NCBI GenBank assembly: GCA_002269645.1
Contig: NIVC01000532.1
Span: 248,001-312,000 of the forward strand
Direction of reading: 5' to 3'
DNA from: Macrostomum lignano
Taxonomy: Eukaryota
Length of the DNA: 64,000 bases
This document shows positions 37,921-54,154 of this stretch, piece after piece. The notes beneath the pieces are model-generated. The model did not search any database, was not told where the DNA came from, and saw only the letters and a program-made list of their open reading frames with translations. Positions within the stretch are counted from its first letter, which is position 1; each line of letters begins with the position of its first letter. The position numbers were made by a program, and so were the translations under genes.

Positions 37921-39265
37921 TTTAAATGCTTATTTTTCTATTAGTCTCAGATACCGACTGATCCCATCAGTCGCAATGAAAATTTAATTTAGGTAATTAG
38001 ACAACTAGGCTAGTGTAATAATGTTTTTAGTATATTGGATTAAGCTAGCTAGCAAGGTAGTCATGACATTGGTTATAATAGATAATTGGATTGTTAGACA
38101 ATTTGTGCAAGTACTGTGTTTTTATTCAAACAAATAGTGTTAAATTCTATTCTTATACTATATTTGTCCAATAATGTCTCACACACACTTATGAAGTTTT
38201 TTACTGCTTATAAATAACATTAACTGTTGTTGAATCTAATATTGAAGATGCAGCAATGCGGCGAGTTTGAATTCTCTTGCATACCTCTGCGTGTTTTCTG
38301 TTTAAATATTTTCTAGTCTCTGAAAAGCCGCTTTTTAATTTTTTTTATCGGCCTACTTGTCGGCAGTAGTCAGATGCGAGAGTTTGTGTACTCTGTTTAA
38401 CCTTGTGTTTTTCATGCTGGTTAATTACAGTGAGATTAGCTGGATAAAATAATTTCATCTCCGATCTCTCCCCTGTGTACTAGTCAATTGCAATACTGTT
38501 TACACCGAAGCAGAAATAAGAAGTCCTTATTATTTGTTATACTACTCATATTTATCTATACATATAATGCATTAGTTTATAAATTGCATGTGTTCTGCTT
38601 TGTTAGCTCTGCTTTATCTTTATTATAATCGAGCCAGGAAGAATAAGAGATTTGGAAATATTTGCATTATGGCTTCTGTGCAATGCCCCGCGTGTTGCAT
38701 AAATAAAATTCATATTTATTACTCATAGTAGGCAATGCTATTGAATTTGAATATTAATTATTAATGTAAGTTAAGTGCTTCGCGATCAATTTTACTGGAA
38801 TCAGTGTTTTTGTCTCGCGCCTGGTTTTTTACTAGTTGGATGATTATCCGATGGCTTAATCCATTGCTGAGTCTTGTGATCCCCCTGATGTGCACCCCTA
38901 AAACACCCCGGCAATTTTATCTAACTAATGGCTAAACCTAAACTGTGTTTTCATTGTCAGCGTGGGGGGCCTAGCTGGGAAAGACTTTAATAGCTTCTAG
39001 TACTTTTTCATTGCTTTTTGTTCTTGTCTACATAATAAAACTAAAAGTACACTACACTGTTGATTCATTTGTATCGCAGTGCAAGTTCTGTTGCAACAGA
39101 AAATCCTTATTAATCTTTAACGAACTGTGGCATGTTAAACTTAATTCTATTTGCAAGTCGTATTATGCAATGCTAAATTTAAAATTTCAATAAATTTTCT
39201 GTTTGATAATGTCTTCACCTCTATTTTCTTTGTTGATTAACTGCTTTCCATGGCTAGGCAGGTTA

Positions 39266-39627
39266 AAGCACTGACTGAGGGAGCGGAGAGGCAGATTCAA
39301 GCACTGCCTGAGGGAGCGGAGAGGCAGATTCAAGCACTGACTGAGGGAGCGGAGAGGCAGATTCAAGCACTGCCTGAGGGAGTGGAGAGGCAGATTCAAG
39401 CACTGCCTGAGGGAGCGGAGAGGCAGATTCAAGCACTGCCTGAGGGAGCGGAGAGGCAGATTCAAGCACTGACTGAGGGAGCGGAGAGGCAGATTCAAGC
39501 ACTGCCTGAGGGAGCGGAGAGGCAGATTCAAGCACTGACTGAGGGAGCGGAGAGGCAGATTCAAGCACTGACTGAGGGAGCGGAGAGGCAGATTCAAGCA
39601 CTGACTGATGGAGCGGAGAGGCAGATT
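39266..39627 (+). repeat. 33-bp minisatellite, about 11 copies
   Basis: Unit GAGGGAGCGGAGAGGCAGATTCAAGCACTG(A/C)CT. Confidence 0.95.
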
Positions 39628-39939
39628 CAAGGGCTGCTGAGGGATTTACCTAATTACCAGCTTGCAAGGTTTACATCGGAATTGCCTAGCTACCATGATG
39701 TAGGTACATGCAGATAAACAAAGCAGTAGAAAATTTGTGGCCATCAGGAGCGCACAGTGTCCGATACACGCTATCAAAAAATGCCCGTAGTTAAGCGTGA
39801 ACGCTGTGAACAGTTAAGAGAAGGTTAAAACAATTATTTTAACTTTTGAGTTCGTCGTATGGTCACTCGGACCGGTATTAAGTGGGTCAATACATGAACC
39901 AGCAAGTAGGTCAATTTTGTGTAGGGAGTGTCAACAGAA

Positions 39940-40403
39940 TGGGTCAGTGAGTGGGTCAGGGTGGTGGGTCAGTGAGTGGTTCAGTGAGAAGGGTCAGGGT
40001 CAGTGAGTGGGTCAGCGAATGGGTCAGTGAGTGGGTCAGTGAGTGGGTCAGTGAGTGGGTCAGTGAGTGGGTCAGGGTGGTGGGTCAGGGTGGTGGGTCA
40101 GGGTGGTGGGTCAGGGTGGTGGGTCAGGGTGGTGGGTCAGGGTGGTGGGTCAGGGTGGTGGGTCAGGGTGGTGGGTCAGGGTGGTGGGTCAGGGTGGTGG
40201 GTCAGGGTGGTGGGTCAGTGAGTGGGTCAGTGAGAAGGGTCAGGGTCAGTGAGTGAGTCAGCCAATGGGTCAGTGAGTGGGCCAGTTAGTGGGTCAGTGA
40301 GTGAGTCAGCGAATGGGTCAGTGAGTGGGCCAGTTAGTGGGTCAGTGAGTGGGTCAGTGAGTGAGTCAGCGAATGGGTCAGTGAGTGGGCCAGTGCGTGG
40401 GTC
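39940..40403 (+). repeat. G-rich 12/13-bp repeats (TGGGTCAGTGAG; GGTGGTGGGTCAG)
   Basis: Tandem periodicity; lies immediately after the KChIP stop codon. Confidence 0.93.
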
Positions 40404-40414
40404 AGACCGGCCCA

Positions 40415-41421
40415 TCACAGCAGGGTGTCGAAACAGTCAAGCTCCGTGTCCAGGTCGCGGTCGCGTCTGCAGGCGAGCACGAATTCCTGGAAAGTGACCG
40501 CGCCGTCGCCGTCCCGGTCCATGGCGTCAAAGATTTTCTCGGCGTGTAGCTGAGCGTCGCACGGGTGCACCCGCGGCCAGACGGAGTCGCCTAGCATGTC
40601 GTAGATAGCGCTGACCAGCTGCACCATTTCTCGCTTGCTGATGAAGCCGTCCCGATCCGTGTCGTAGAGACGGAAGGCCCAGTCCAGCTTCTCCTCGCTG
40701 CTGCCCTTGCAGATGACTGACAGGCCCTGGGGAAGTGGCCGCAGGTTTTAATCTCATCCCGTCAATTTGGTAATCTCATCCCGTCAATTTGGTAATCTCA
40801 TCCCGTCAATTTGGTAATCTCATCCCGTCAATTTGGTAATCTCATCCCGTCAATTTGGTAATCTCATCCCGTCAATTTGGTAATCTCATCCAGTTAATTT
40901 GGTAATCTCATCCCGTCAATTTGGTAATCTCATCCCGTTAATTTGGTAATCAATTTGTGCCATTTTGTTGTTTTTTTCGGGCCAGTTTGTATTCCGCCAA
41001 TCTTGAAATCTGACACTGAGCTTTGAATAGAAGAAATCGTACTCAAGCTCTGACTCATCACCTGAATGACGATCTCGAAGGTCAGACAGCCCCGTCCGCC
41101 CGGGTCGAAGCTGTCGAACACCAGGTCCGCATAGGCTGAGGCGTCGCCCAGCGGGAAGAACTGCGAGAAGATCTCCCGAAACGCGGCCCGGTGCACCAGA
41201 CCGGACGGACAGTCGTTCTTGAAGCCGCGGTACATCAGCTGGAGCTCCTGACGGCTGAAGCGGGTCCTCTGGGCCAGGCTGGCCAGACTGACTGGCCGGT
41301 GATGCCACGGAGCGGCGCGACTGTCAGCAACCGCGGCACCCCAGCCCGCCGCGCCGGAAGGCCCCGATTCGGGCGATCGACCTTTGATAGATTTTTTATT
41401 GAGTTCGTTTGATCGGCTCAT
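40415..41421 (-). CDS. KChIP-like neuronal calcium sensor (EF-hand), 223 aa, 2 exons
   Basis: Exons 41421-41062 and 40726-40415 (phase 0). HRPVSLASL...TRFSRQELQLMYRGFKNDCPSG, FSQFFPLGDASAYA, GSSEEKLDWAFRLYDTDRDGFISKREM, MDRDGDGAVTFQEF match the KChIP/KCNIP pattern. Confidence 0.92.
40750..40950 (+). repeat. 22-bp minisatellite (AATCTCATCCCGTCAATTTGGT), about 9 copies, KChIP intron
   Basis: Tandem periodicity. Confidence 0.95.
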
Positions 41422-41689
41422 TGTCGGAGATGAGCTCTAACCTGGGTGAGAGTCTTCATCACCGCCTACTTATGCTACTGAGCACGTAGTGAAGCACCCG
41501 GACTGATTCTGATTAAATATTAACAGCCAGAGGATTGCCAGTTGTCAATCAAAGCTTTAGGCATAAAGCTTTTGAGATGAGTCTATAGGCAGCACCCATT
41601 GAGCAGCCTTGAGTGTAACTAAAGCGCTCACGTCCAAACAAAAGTGCAGAGCACATCTCCCTGACAGAGACTAACAGCGCGTCCGCTCT

Positions 41690-42790
41690 CTCCACACTGA
41701 TACAGTGCAGCCACTCTGTCTGACACAGTGCAGCCCCACTCTGACACAGTGCAGCCACACTCTGACACAGTGCAGCCACACTCTGACACAGTGCAGCCAC
41801 ACTCTGACACAGTGCAGCCGCTCTCTGACACAGTGCAGCCACTCTGTCTGACACAGTGCAGCCCCACTCTGACACAGTGCAGCCGCTCTCTGACACAGTG
41901 CAGCCACACTCTGACACAGTGCAGCCGCTCTCAGACACAGTGCAGCCACTCTGTCTGACACAGTGCAGCCCCACTCTGACACAGTGCAGCCGCTCTCTGA
42001 CACAGTGCAGCCACTCTGTCTGACACAGTGCAGCCCCACTCTGACACAGTGCAGCCGCTCTCTGACACAGTGCAGCCCCACTCTGTCTGACACAATGCAG
42101 CCCCACTCTGACACAGTGCAGCCACACTCTGACACAGTACAGCCACTCTGTCTGACACAGTGCAGCCACTCTGTCTGACACAGTGCAGCCACACTCTGAC
42201 ACAGTGCAGCCCCACTCTGACACAGTGCAGCCGCTCTCTGACACAGTGCAGCCACTCTCTGACACAGTGCAGCCCCACTCTGACACAGTGCAGCCGCTCT
42301 CTGACACAGTGCAGCCACTCTCTGACACAGTGCAGCCACTCTGTCTGACACAGTGCAGCCCCACTCTGACACAGTGCAGCCACACTCTGACACAGTGCAG
42401 CCACTCTGTCTGACACAGTGCAGCCACTCTCTGACACAGTGCAGCCACACTCTGACACAGTGCAGCCACTCTGTCTGACACAGTGCAGCCACTCTGTCTG
42501 ACACAGTGCAGCCACTCTGTCTGACACAGTGCAGCCACTCTGTCTGACACAGTGCAGCCACACTCTGACACAGTGCAGCCGCTCTCTGACACAGTGCAGC
42601 CACTCTGTCTGACACAGTGCAGCCACTCTGTCTGACACAGTGCAGCCACACTCTGACACAGTGCAGCCGCTCTCTGACACAGTGCAGCCACTCTGTCTGA
42701 CACAGTGCAGCCGCTCTGTCTGACACAGTGCAGCCACTCTGTCTGACACAGTGCAGCCACTCTCTGACACAGTGCAGCCACACTCTGAAA
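41690..42790 (+). repeat. 21-23-bp minisatellite (GACACAGTGCAGCC.CTCT..CT)
   Basis: Tandem periodicity with length variants. Confidence 0.95.
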
Positions 42791-42821
42791 GGGTCGACCT
42801 CCCCAGAGCATTGAGTCTTAC

Positions 42822-42999
42822 AAAGCCGGCAGCGAAAGCAGATCTGGAGCAGTCGGCAAAAGCAGATGTTGCAAAATCGACCCAATCGGACGGTTCGATC
42901 CCGAATTCCGAGCCGATCCAGCCAGCTTTCACGGACTCCTGCCTGCCCGTCCACTCGCTGATTGATGACCTGATGACATCCTGGGCTCGATGTCGACAT
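42822..42999 (-). other. Candidate alternative Cys-rich first coding exon of the KChIP-like gene
   Basis: Unique-sequence island between two satellites. ATG at 42999, open for 59 codons plus 1 nt to a T|gtaaga donor. Phase-compatible with an AG at 41383-41382. Confidence 0.4.
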
Positions 43000-43084
43000 G
43001 ACTGAGTGACATTTAAAATTAATAGATAGGATAATTTTTATTCCATTTTGGGACTGGCGCGCTGAATTTATAACGGTATCACTC

Positions 43085-44070
43085 ATTCCATCTCTCACCT
43101 CATTCCACATCTCACCCTCTCATTCCATCTCTCACCTTCTCATTCCACATCTCACCCTCTCATTCCATCTCTCACCTTCTCATTCCACATCTCACCCTCT
43201 CATTCCATCTCTCACCCTCTCATTCCATCGCTCACCCTCTCTCATTCGATCTCTCACCCTCTCTCATTCGATCTCTCACCCTCTCATTCCATCTCTCACC
43301 CTCTCATGCCATCTCTCACCCTCTCATTCCATCTCTCACCCTCTCATGCCATCTCTCACCCTCTCATTCCATCTCTCACCCTCTCATTCCATCTCTCACC
43401 CTCTCATGCCATCTCTCACCCTCTCATTCCATCTCTCACCCTCTCATGCCATCTCTCACCCTCTCATTCCATCTCTCACCCTCTCATTCCATCTCTCACC
43501 CTCTCATGCCATCTCTCACCCTCTCATGCCATCTCTCACCCTCTCTCATTCGATCTCTCACCCTCTCTCATTCGATCTCTCACCCTCTCATTCCATCTCT
43601 CACCCTCTCATGCCATCTCTCACCCTCTCATTCCATCTCTCACCCTCTCATGCCATCTCTCACCCTCTCATTCCATCTCTCACCCTCTCATGCCATCTCT
43701 CACCCTCTCATTCCATCTCTCACCCTCTCATGCCATCTCTCACCCTCTCATTCCATCTCTCACCCTCTCATTCCATCTCTCACCCTCTCATGCCATCTCT
43801 CACCCTCTCATGCCATCTCTCACCCTCTCTCATTCGATCTCTCACCCTCTCTCATTCGATCTCTCACCCTCTCATTCCATCTCTCACCCTCTCATGCCAT
43901 CTCTCACCCTCTCATTCCATCTCTCACCCTCTCATGCCATCTCTCACCCTCTCATTCCATCTCTCACCCTCTCATGCCATCTCTCACCCTCTCATTCCAT
44001 CTCTCACCCTCTCTCATTCGATCTCTCACCCTCTCTCATTCGATCTCTCACCCTCTCATTCCATCTCTCT
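43085..44070 (+). repeat. 20-bp minisatellite (CCATCTCTCACCCTCTCAT[T/G])
   Basis: Tandem periodicity. Confidence 0.96.
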
Positions 44071-44459
44071 CTGTATTCTTGACTATTCCAGAAATCCTGC
44101 AATTATAATTTCAAGTTAATCTCGTATGCACGGCCTGCACGGAGTGTAGAAGCTGCATTGAAAAAGAATCTCTGCAGCGGGTGTGCTTGGGCGGCATCGT
44201 CCATTAATTTGCATTTAAATTCAAATCGTTTCCCACTGCCTCCGAAAGTTAGGCCGGTTTTATGGCTACAGCTCGGACAGCGAGAGCATCCAGTCCTGCT
44301 GTCCCGGCTTTCTGGTAGATCCGAGTAGTTGCTATGCCGTTTCAGTCTGAATTTAGCCGCTGTCTCGGACATTGGCATTGCAGTACACTTGTATGAGCTA
44401 GGGCGGAATGACTGACCTGTTTGACCACCGACATTATTTGGGTTTTGTAAATGCAACTC

Positions 44460-46600
44460 TACCCCTCTCTCTAACATCTATTCTACCTCTCTCTAACATC
44501 TATTCTACCCTCTCTCTAACATCTATTCTACCTCTCTCTAACATCTATTCTACCCTCTCTCTAACATCTATTCTACCTCTCTCTAACATCTATTCTACCC
44601 TCTCTCTAACATCTATTCTACCCACTCTCTAACATCTATTCTACCTCTCTCTCTAACATCTACTCTACCTCTCTCTTACATCTATTCTACCCCTCTCTCT
44701 AACATCTATTCTACCACTCTCTCTAACATCTATTCTACCCCTCTCTCTAACATCTACTCTACCCCTCTCTCTAACATCTATTCTACCCCTCTCTCTAACA
44801 TCTATTTTACCCCTCTCTCTAACATCTATTTTACCCCTCTCTCTAACATCTATTTTACCCCTCTCTCTAACATCTATTTTACCCCTCTCTCTAACATCTA
44901 TTCTACCACTCTCTCTAACATCTATTCTACCCCTCTCTCTAACATCTACTCTACCACTCTCTCTAACATCTATTCTACCCCTCTCTCTAACATCTACTCT
45001 ACCCCTCTCTCTAACATCTATTTTACCTCTCTCTCTAACATCTACTCTACCCCTCTCTCTAACATCTATTCTACCCCTCTCTCTAACATCTATTTTACCT
45101 CTCTCTCTAACATCTACTCTACCCCTCTCTCTAACATCTACTCTACCCCTCTCTCTAACATCTACTCTATCCCTCTCTCTAACATCTACTCTACCCCTCT
45201 CTCTAACATCTACTCTACCCCTCTCTCTAACATCTACTCTATCCCTCTCTCTCATCTATTTTACCTCTCTCTATCATCTACTCTACCCCGCTCTCTAACA
45301 TCTACTCTACCCCTCTCTAACATCTACTCTGCCCCTCTCTGTATCATCTACTCTATCCTCTCTCATCTACTTTACCCCTCCCTCTATCATCTACTCTATC
45401 CTCTCTCATCTACTTTATCCCTCCCTCTATCATCTACTCTACCCTCTCTCATCTACTCTACCCCTCCCTCTATCATCTACTCTACCCTGTCTCATCTACT
45501 CTACCCCTCTATCTATCATCTACTCTACCCCTCTCTCTAACATCTACTCTACCCCTCTCTCTAACATCTACTCTATCCCTCTCTCTCATCTATTTTACCT
45601 CTCTCTATCATCTACTCTACCCCGCTCTCTAACATCTACTCTACCCCTCTCTAACATCTACTCTACCCCTCTCTCTATCATCTACTCTATCCTCTCTCAT
45701 CTACTTTACCCCTCCCTCTATCATCTACTCTATCCTCTCTCATCTACTTTATCCCTCCCTCTATCATCTACTCTACCCTCTCTCATCTACTCTACCCCTC
45801 CCTCTATCATCTACTCTACCCTGTCTCATCTACTCTACCCCTCTCTCTATCATCTACTCTACCCCTCTCTCTATCATCTACTCTACCCTTCTCTAACATC
45901 TATTTTACCCCTCTCTCTAACATCTATTTTACCCCTCTCTCTAACATCTATTTTACCCCTCTCTCTAACATCTATTTTACCCCTCTCTCTAACATCTATT
46001 CTGCCACTCTCTCTAACATCTATTTTACCCCTCTCTCTAACATCTACTCTACCCCTCTCTCTAACATCTATTCTACCCCTCTCTCTAACATCTACTCTAC
46101 CACTCTCTCTAACATCTATTTTACCTCTCTCTCTAACATCTACTCTACCCCTCTCTCTAACATCTACTCTACCCCTCTCTCTAACATCTATTTTACCTCT
46201 CTCTCTAACATCTACTCTACCCCTCTCTCTAACATCTACTCTACCCCTCTCTCTAACATCTACTCTATCCCTCTCTCTCATCTATTTTACCTCTCTCTAT
46301 CATCTACTCTACCCCGCTCTCTAACATCTACTCTACCCCTCTCTAACATCTACTCTGCCCCTCTCTGTATCATCTACTCTATCCTCTCTCATCTACTTTA
46401 CCCCTCCCTCTATCATCTACTCTATCCTCTCTCATCTACTTTATCCCTCCCTCTATCATCTACTCTACCCTCTCTCATCTACTCTACCCCTCCCTCTATC
46501 ATCTACTCTACCCTGTCTCATCTACTCTACCCCTCTATCTATCATCTACTCTACCCCTCTCTCTATCATCTACTCTACCCTTCTCTAACGTCTACCCTAC
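44460..46600 (+). repeat. About 24-bp pyrimidine-rich minisatellite (CATCTAYTYTACCCCTCTCTCTAA) with higher-order blocks
   Basis: Tandem periodicity; a variant block of about 334 bp recurs at 45241, 45575 and 46267. Confidence 0.95.
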
Positions 46601-47177
46601 ACCTCTCTATCGCTTTATCGTACTTCTACCTTCTCTTTTTCACTCTACTTCTACCCTGTCTCAATCTACTTTAACCTCCTTGGTGACTTCTTAACAAGTT
46701 AATCTTGTGGCTCAAGCTGCCTTTCCAGATTCGCGTTTACAATGAAGCGTTGATGCAGTTGCAAAATTTCAATATAGGCTCCGTATCTGTCGCTCTGAAT
46801 AAAGAGAAACACTATTGAAAAGATTTTACCTGCCTACCAGAGCCATAAAATGAGGCTGGTTAATCGTAGTTCGTTACTAAGGAGAATTTTACTGATGAAC
46901 ACAAACTGCCGCTTGGGGTCCCGTAAGGCGCTGCGCATTTTCCTAACTTGGCCTGAATAACTGGTCAGTCCATTGGGACTTGGGGGGTGGGTGAGGCGGT
47001 GGGAGTTCGCCTCAGCCCTAAGCGAGCGGGTTTCACTTGTAGCCCAAGTCAGCCGCAAGCAGCGGGCCGCAGCATGAAAGAAGAAAAGTTTTCCTTCGAG
47101 TTTAAAGAAAACTTTTGCCCGATGCTGCTGGCGGTTTTTAGTGCTGGTGGTTGCGGTTGATGTAGCTAAGATTTTGG

Positions 47178-48085
47178 GGTGTGGGATTCCGGATGAGGCG
47201 GTGTGGGATTCCGGATGAGGGGGTGTGGGATTCCGGATGAGGGGGTGTGGGATTCCGGATGAGGGGGTGTGGGATTCCGGATGAGGGGGTGTGGGATTCC
47301 GGATGAGGGGGTGTGGGATTCCAGGTGAGGTGGTGTGGGATTTCAGGTGAGGTGGTGTGGGATTCCAGGTGAGGTGGTGTGGGATTCCAGGTGAGGTGGT
47401 GTGGGATTCCAGGTGAGGTGGTGTGGGATTCCAGGTGACCAGGTGAGGGGGATGCGGGTGAGGCGGTGGGGGGTTCTGGGTGAGGCGGTGTGAGATTCCA
47501 GGTGAGTCAGTGAGGGATTCCAGGTGCGGCGATGTTGAATTCTGGGTGAGGCTGTGTGGGATTCCGGGTGAGGCTGTGTGGGATTCCAGGTGAGTCAGTG
47601 AGGGATTCCAGGTGAGGCGATGTTGAATTCTGGGTGAGGCTGTGTGGGATTCCGGGTGAGGGGGTGTGGTATTCCGGATGAGGGGGTATGGGATTCCAGT
47701 TGAGGCGGTGTGGGATTCCAGTTGATGCGGTGTGGGATTCCAGGTGAGGCTGTGTGGGATTCCAGGTGAGTCAGTGAGGGATTCCAGGTGAGGCGATGTT
47801 GAATTCTGGGTGAGGCTGTGTGGGATTCCGGGTGAGGGGGTGTGGGATTCCAGGTGAGGCTGTGTGGGATTCCAGGTGAGTCAGTGAGGGATTCCAGGTG
47901 AGGCTGTGTGGGATTCCAGGTGAGTCAGTGAGGGATTCCAGGTGAGGCGATGTTGAATTCTGGGTGAGGCTGTGTGGGATTCCGGGTGAGGGGGTGTGGG
48001 ATTCCAGTTGAGGCGGTGTGGGATTTCAGTTGATGCGGTGTGGGATTCCAGTTGATGCGGTGTGGGATTCCAGGTGAGGCGGTGT
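47178..48085 (+). repeat. 20-bp G-rich minisatellite (GTGTGGGATTCCAGGTGAGG)
   Basis: Tandem periodicity. Confidence 0.94.
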
Positions 48086-48408
48086 GAGGTTTCTTTGGCT
48101 TCTTTCCAAGAAAAGAAAGATTAATTCTTAACCCTCAATCAAAAGCGTTGAACAAGTAAATTCAGAGTTGCTTACCTTCTCTGTCCACGACAGGCGAATA
48201 AGTTTTCAGAATTCCACAGATTAATTTGACAAATGAATAGTCAGTTAAAATTTCAAATTTAATTTGTGATCTATATTGAGCCTCTCTCTTTGACGATGTC
48301 TTTTTTCAAAGGTAGTTTGGCTGTCTTCTTCTTTTTGTGGAAGAAATTGAGAATGGTTAAAAAGCTGACAGCAATTCTGCAGCGCACAGAGGCACATAGA
48401 GATAAGGA

Positions 48409-48452
<44 letters not shown>

Positions 48453-48829
48453 TAGGGGAACCAGCCATTGGGTAGGTGGGTATCCGGGCTCCTATGGGAT
48501 CAGAGAGTGCAGATTTGCGGATCTGTAAGTGGATCGAGCGGCTTCTGTCGAGGGCTTCTGTCGCTATAAAATTAGCAATTCTGCGCGATCTCTGCAGTGC
48601 CGTTTCTGTTTGACTTTTTTGTCTCATTTTTTATACTCCTGAGCTGGGAGGCGAGATGAAAGAGAGACGGTCCTGAGCTGCCTGCGTGCCCTCCGTTCCC
48701 CCCCCCCCCCTGGCTTCTCTGTCTCGGCTTTCTCTGCCTGCATTCTGGTCTGTTTGCCGCTTGTGCTGTCTCGAATCCTCTCTACACTTGCGCTCACCGT
48801 CTGCTCTGTTGATACTAGCCATCCTCTCA

Positions 48830-49400
48830 ATCGATCTCACTCTCTCTCTCAACCAATCTCACTCTCTCTCTCAATCAATCTCAAATTATCTCTCGATCTC
48901 ACCCTTTTTCTCTGAATCAATCTCACCCTGTCTCAATCAATCTCACCTTCTCTCTCAGTCGATCTCACCCCTCTCTCAATCAATCCCACTCTTTTTCTCT
49001 GAATAAATCTCACATTCTCTCTCAATCAATCTCAACCTGTCTCTCAATCAATCCCACCCTTTTTCTCTGAATCAATCTCACATTCTCTCAATCAATCTCA
49101 CCCTCTCTCACTCTCAATCAATCTCATCCTCTCTCACTCTCAATCAATCTCATCCTCTCTCTCAATCAATCAATCTCAAATTCTCTCTTATCAATCTCAC
49201 CCTGTCTCTCAATCAATCTCACCCTCTCTCAATCAATCTCACCCTCTCTCACTCTCAATCAATCTCACCCTGTCTCTCAATCAATCTCACCCTCTCTCAA
49301 TCAATCTCACCCTCTCTCACTCTCAATCAATCTCACCCTCTCTCTCAATCAATCAATCTCAAATTCTCTTTCATCAATCTCACCCTGCCTTTCAATCTCA
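48830..49400 (+). repeat. About 20-bp minisatellite (TCAATCAATCTCACCCTCTC)
   Basis: Degenerate tandem periodicity. Confidence 0.88.
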
Positions 49401-49891
49401 CCCTCTCCCCAACTGATTCTCTCAGTCAGCCTCTCTTGCCTCCATCGCGCCTAGATCAATGTTGAATGGCTAAAATGCTTTGCTGAAGAACATAATGGAG
49501 AACAAAGCTCATAGTCTGTTCTGAAAACAAGGATGCGTTCACAGCTCAGGAATAACAGCCGTGTTCCCGCTACTGAACTCTAATCAAATAAGGGAAGGGG
49601 ATTAGTTGGGGGGGGGCACAGAAAACCTGATTTGACTCAGCTAGCGGCAGGAAGGTAGAAGTGAGAGAGTGAGTTAGATATTGATTTTTTCCCAAGCGTT
49701 CAATCAGTATCGACTGAGAACTGTGTGCAAAACGGAATCGCAGTGCACTGCTGCACACCCTTCACAGTGTTTCACCTCATTTAAACCTGGCAGTGGCTCT
49801 GGCACAGAACTTCTTATGCGAAATTCTGATCGATTTTGTTATAATTTGAAATTCAAAACAGCTTCTCGTGAAGAAAAGAATCCTCGAAGTC

Positions 49892-52549
<2,658 letters not shown>

Positions 52550-52734
52550 CTCAGCCGGCACAGAAACGCTACTAGACCCGAGTTACTGTCAAAAGTGATT
52601 AATGTTTTTATTCTGGAGGATTTGAATACCTTTTTCTTGCAGTGAAATTTCATTGCCAATAACATTTAACCCGGTGGGGTAGGACAATTCAAAGTTCATA
52701 GGAATACTTTTTTTGGGAATTCTAGTCGCTATCC

Positions 52735-53790
52735 TCATGATCCCTGATCGCCAGTGAGAATGATCCCTGATCCCCAATGAGAATGATCACTGATCTCCAA
52801 TGAGAATGATCCCTGATCACCAGTGAGAATGATTCCTGATCCCCAATGAGAATGATCCCTGATCCCCAATGAGAATGATCCCTGATCTCCAGTGAGACTG
52901 ATCCCTGATCCCCAATGAGAATGATTCCTGATCCCCAATGAGAATGATTCCTGATCCCCAATGAGAATGATCCCTGATCTCCAGTGAGACTGATCCCTGA
53001 TCCCCAATGAGAATGATCCCTGATCTCCAGTGAGACTGATCCCTGATCCCCAATGAGAATGATCCCTGATCACCAGTGAGAATTATCCCTGATCCCCAAT
53101 GAGAATGATCCCTGATCGCCAGTGAGAATGATCCCTGATCCCCAATGAGAATGATCACTGATCTCCAATGAGAATGATCCCTGATCCCCAATGAGAATGA
53201 TCCCTGATCACCAATGAGAATTATCCCTGATCCCCAATGAGAATGATCCCTGATCGCCAGTGAGAATGATCCCTGATCCCCAGTGAGAATTATCCCTGAT
53301 CCTCAGTGAGAATGATCCCTGATCCTCAGTGAGAATGATCCCTGATCCCCATTGAGAATGATCCCTGATCCCAGAATGATTCCTGATCCTCAGTGAGAAT
53401 GATCCCTGATCACCAGTGAGAATGATCCCTGATCCCCAATGAGAATGATCCCTGATTACTAGTGAGAATGATCCCTGATCACTAGTGAGAATGATCCCTG
53501 ATCCCAGAATGATTCCTGATCCTCAGTGAGAATGATCCCTGATCCCCGGTGAGAATGATCCCTGATTACTAGTGAGAATGATCTCTGATCACCAGTGAGA
53601 ATGATCCCTGATCCCCAGTGAGAATGATCCCTGATCCCCAGTGAGAATGATCCCTGATCCCCAATGAGAGATCCCTGATCCCCAGCGAGAATGACCCATG
53701 ATCCTCAGTGAGAATGATCCCTGATCCCAGAATGATTCCTTATCCCTAATTTCTGGTCCCCAATGAGAATGATCCCTGATCCCCAATGAG
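52735..53790 (+). repeat. 23-bp minisatellite (GATCCCCAATGAGAATGATCCCT)
   Basis: Tandem periodicity. Confidence 0.95.
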
Positions 53791-54154
53791 AATGATCCCA
53801 TACTACTCATTGTCCAAAGCACCCAATGAGCCCCTGAGCGATACCCCAATCAGTTTTGATTTTGATGAAATTGTGCACAGATTTCCTCTTTGCAAATGAA
53901 TGGTCACTAACTAAAGTAAACATAATTAGCAATAAGGTGTTAATAAATGCTCTTGTTGATGCTTTAAGCTTTATAGTTCTTTTGGGGTGGGGCGATGATT
54001 TTTGCTCCGGTTTTCTATCTCTGGGTTCAATGATTTCCTTTTTATGTTCGTGTTTTCTTTTTTAAACTCAATATACACGACAAAAATATGTCCTGTTCGG
54101 TACCTTTGATCATTTTTTAACTTAATGAACTTAATGTCTTGTTAATTGTATGGA

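Noticed and set aside
39250-39717. ORF of 11-aa amphipathic-looking repeats (ALTEGAERQIQ) with an ATG in good context
   Set aside because: Unit variants are all non-synonymous (T/P, A/V, E/D), two antisense frames are equally open, and there is no splice or other support. It is treated as a non-coding minisatellite unless transcripts show otherwise.
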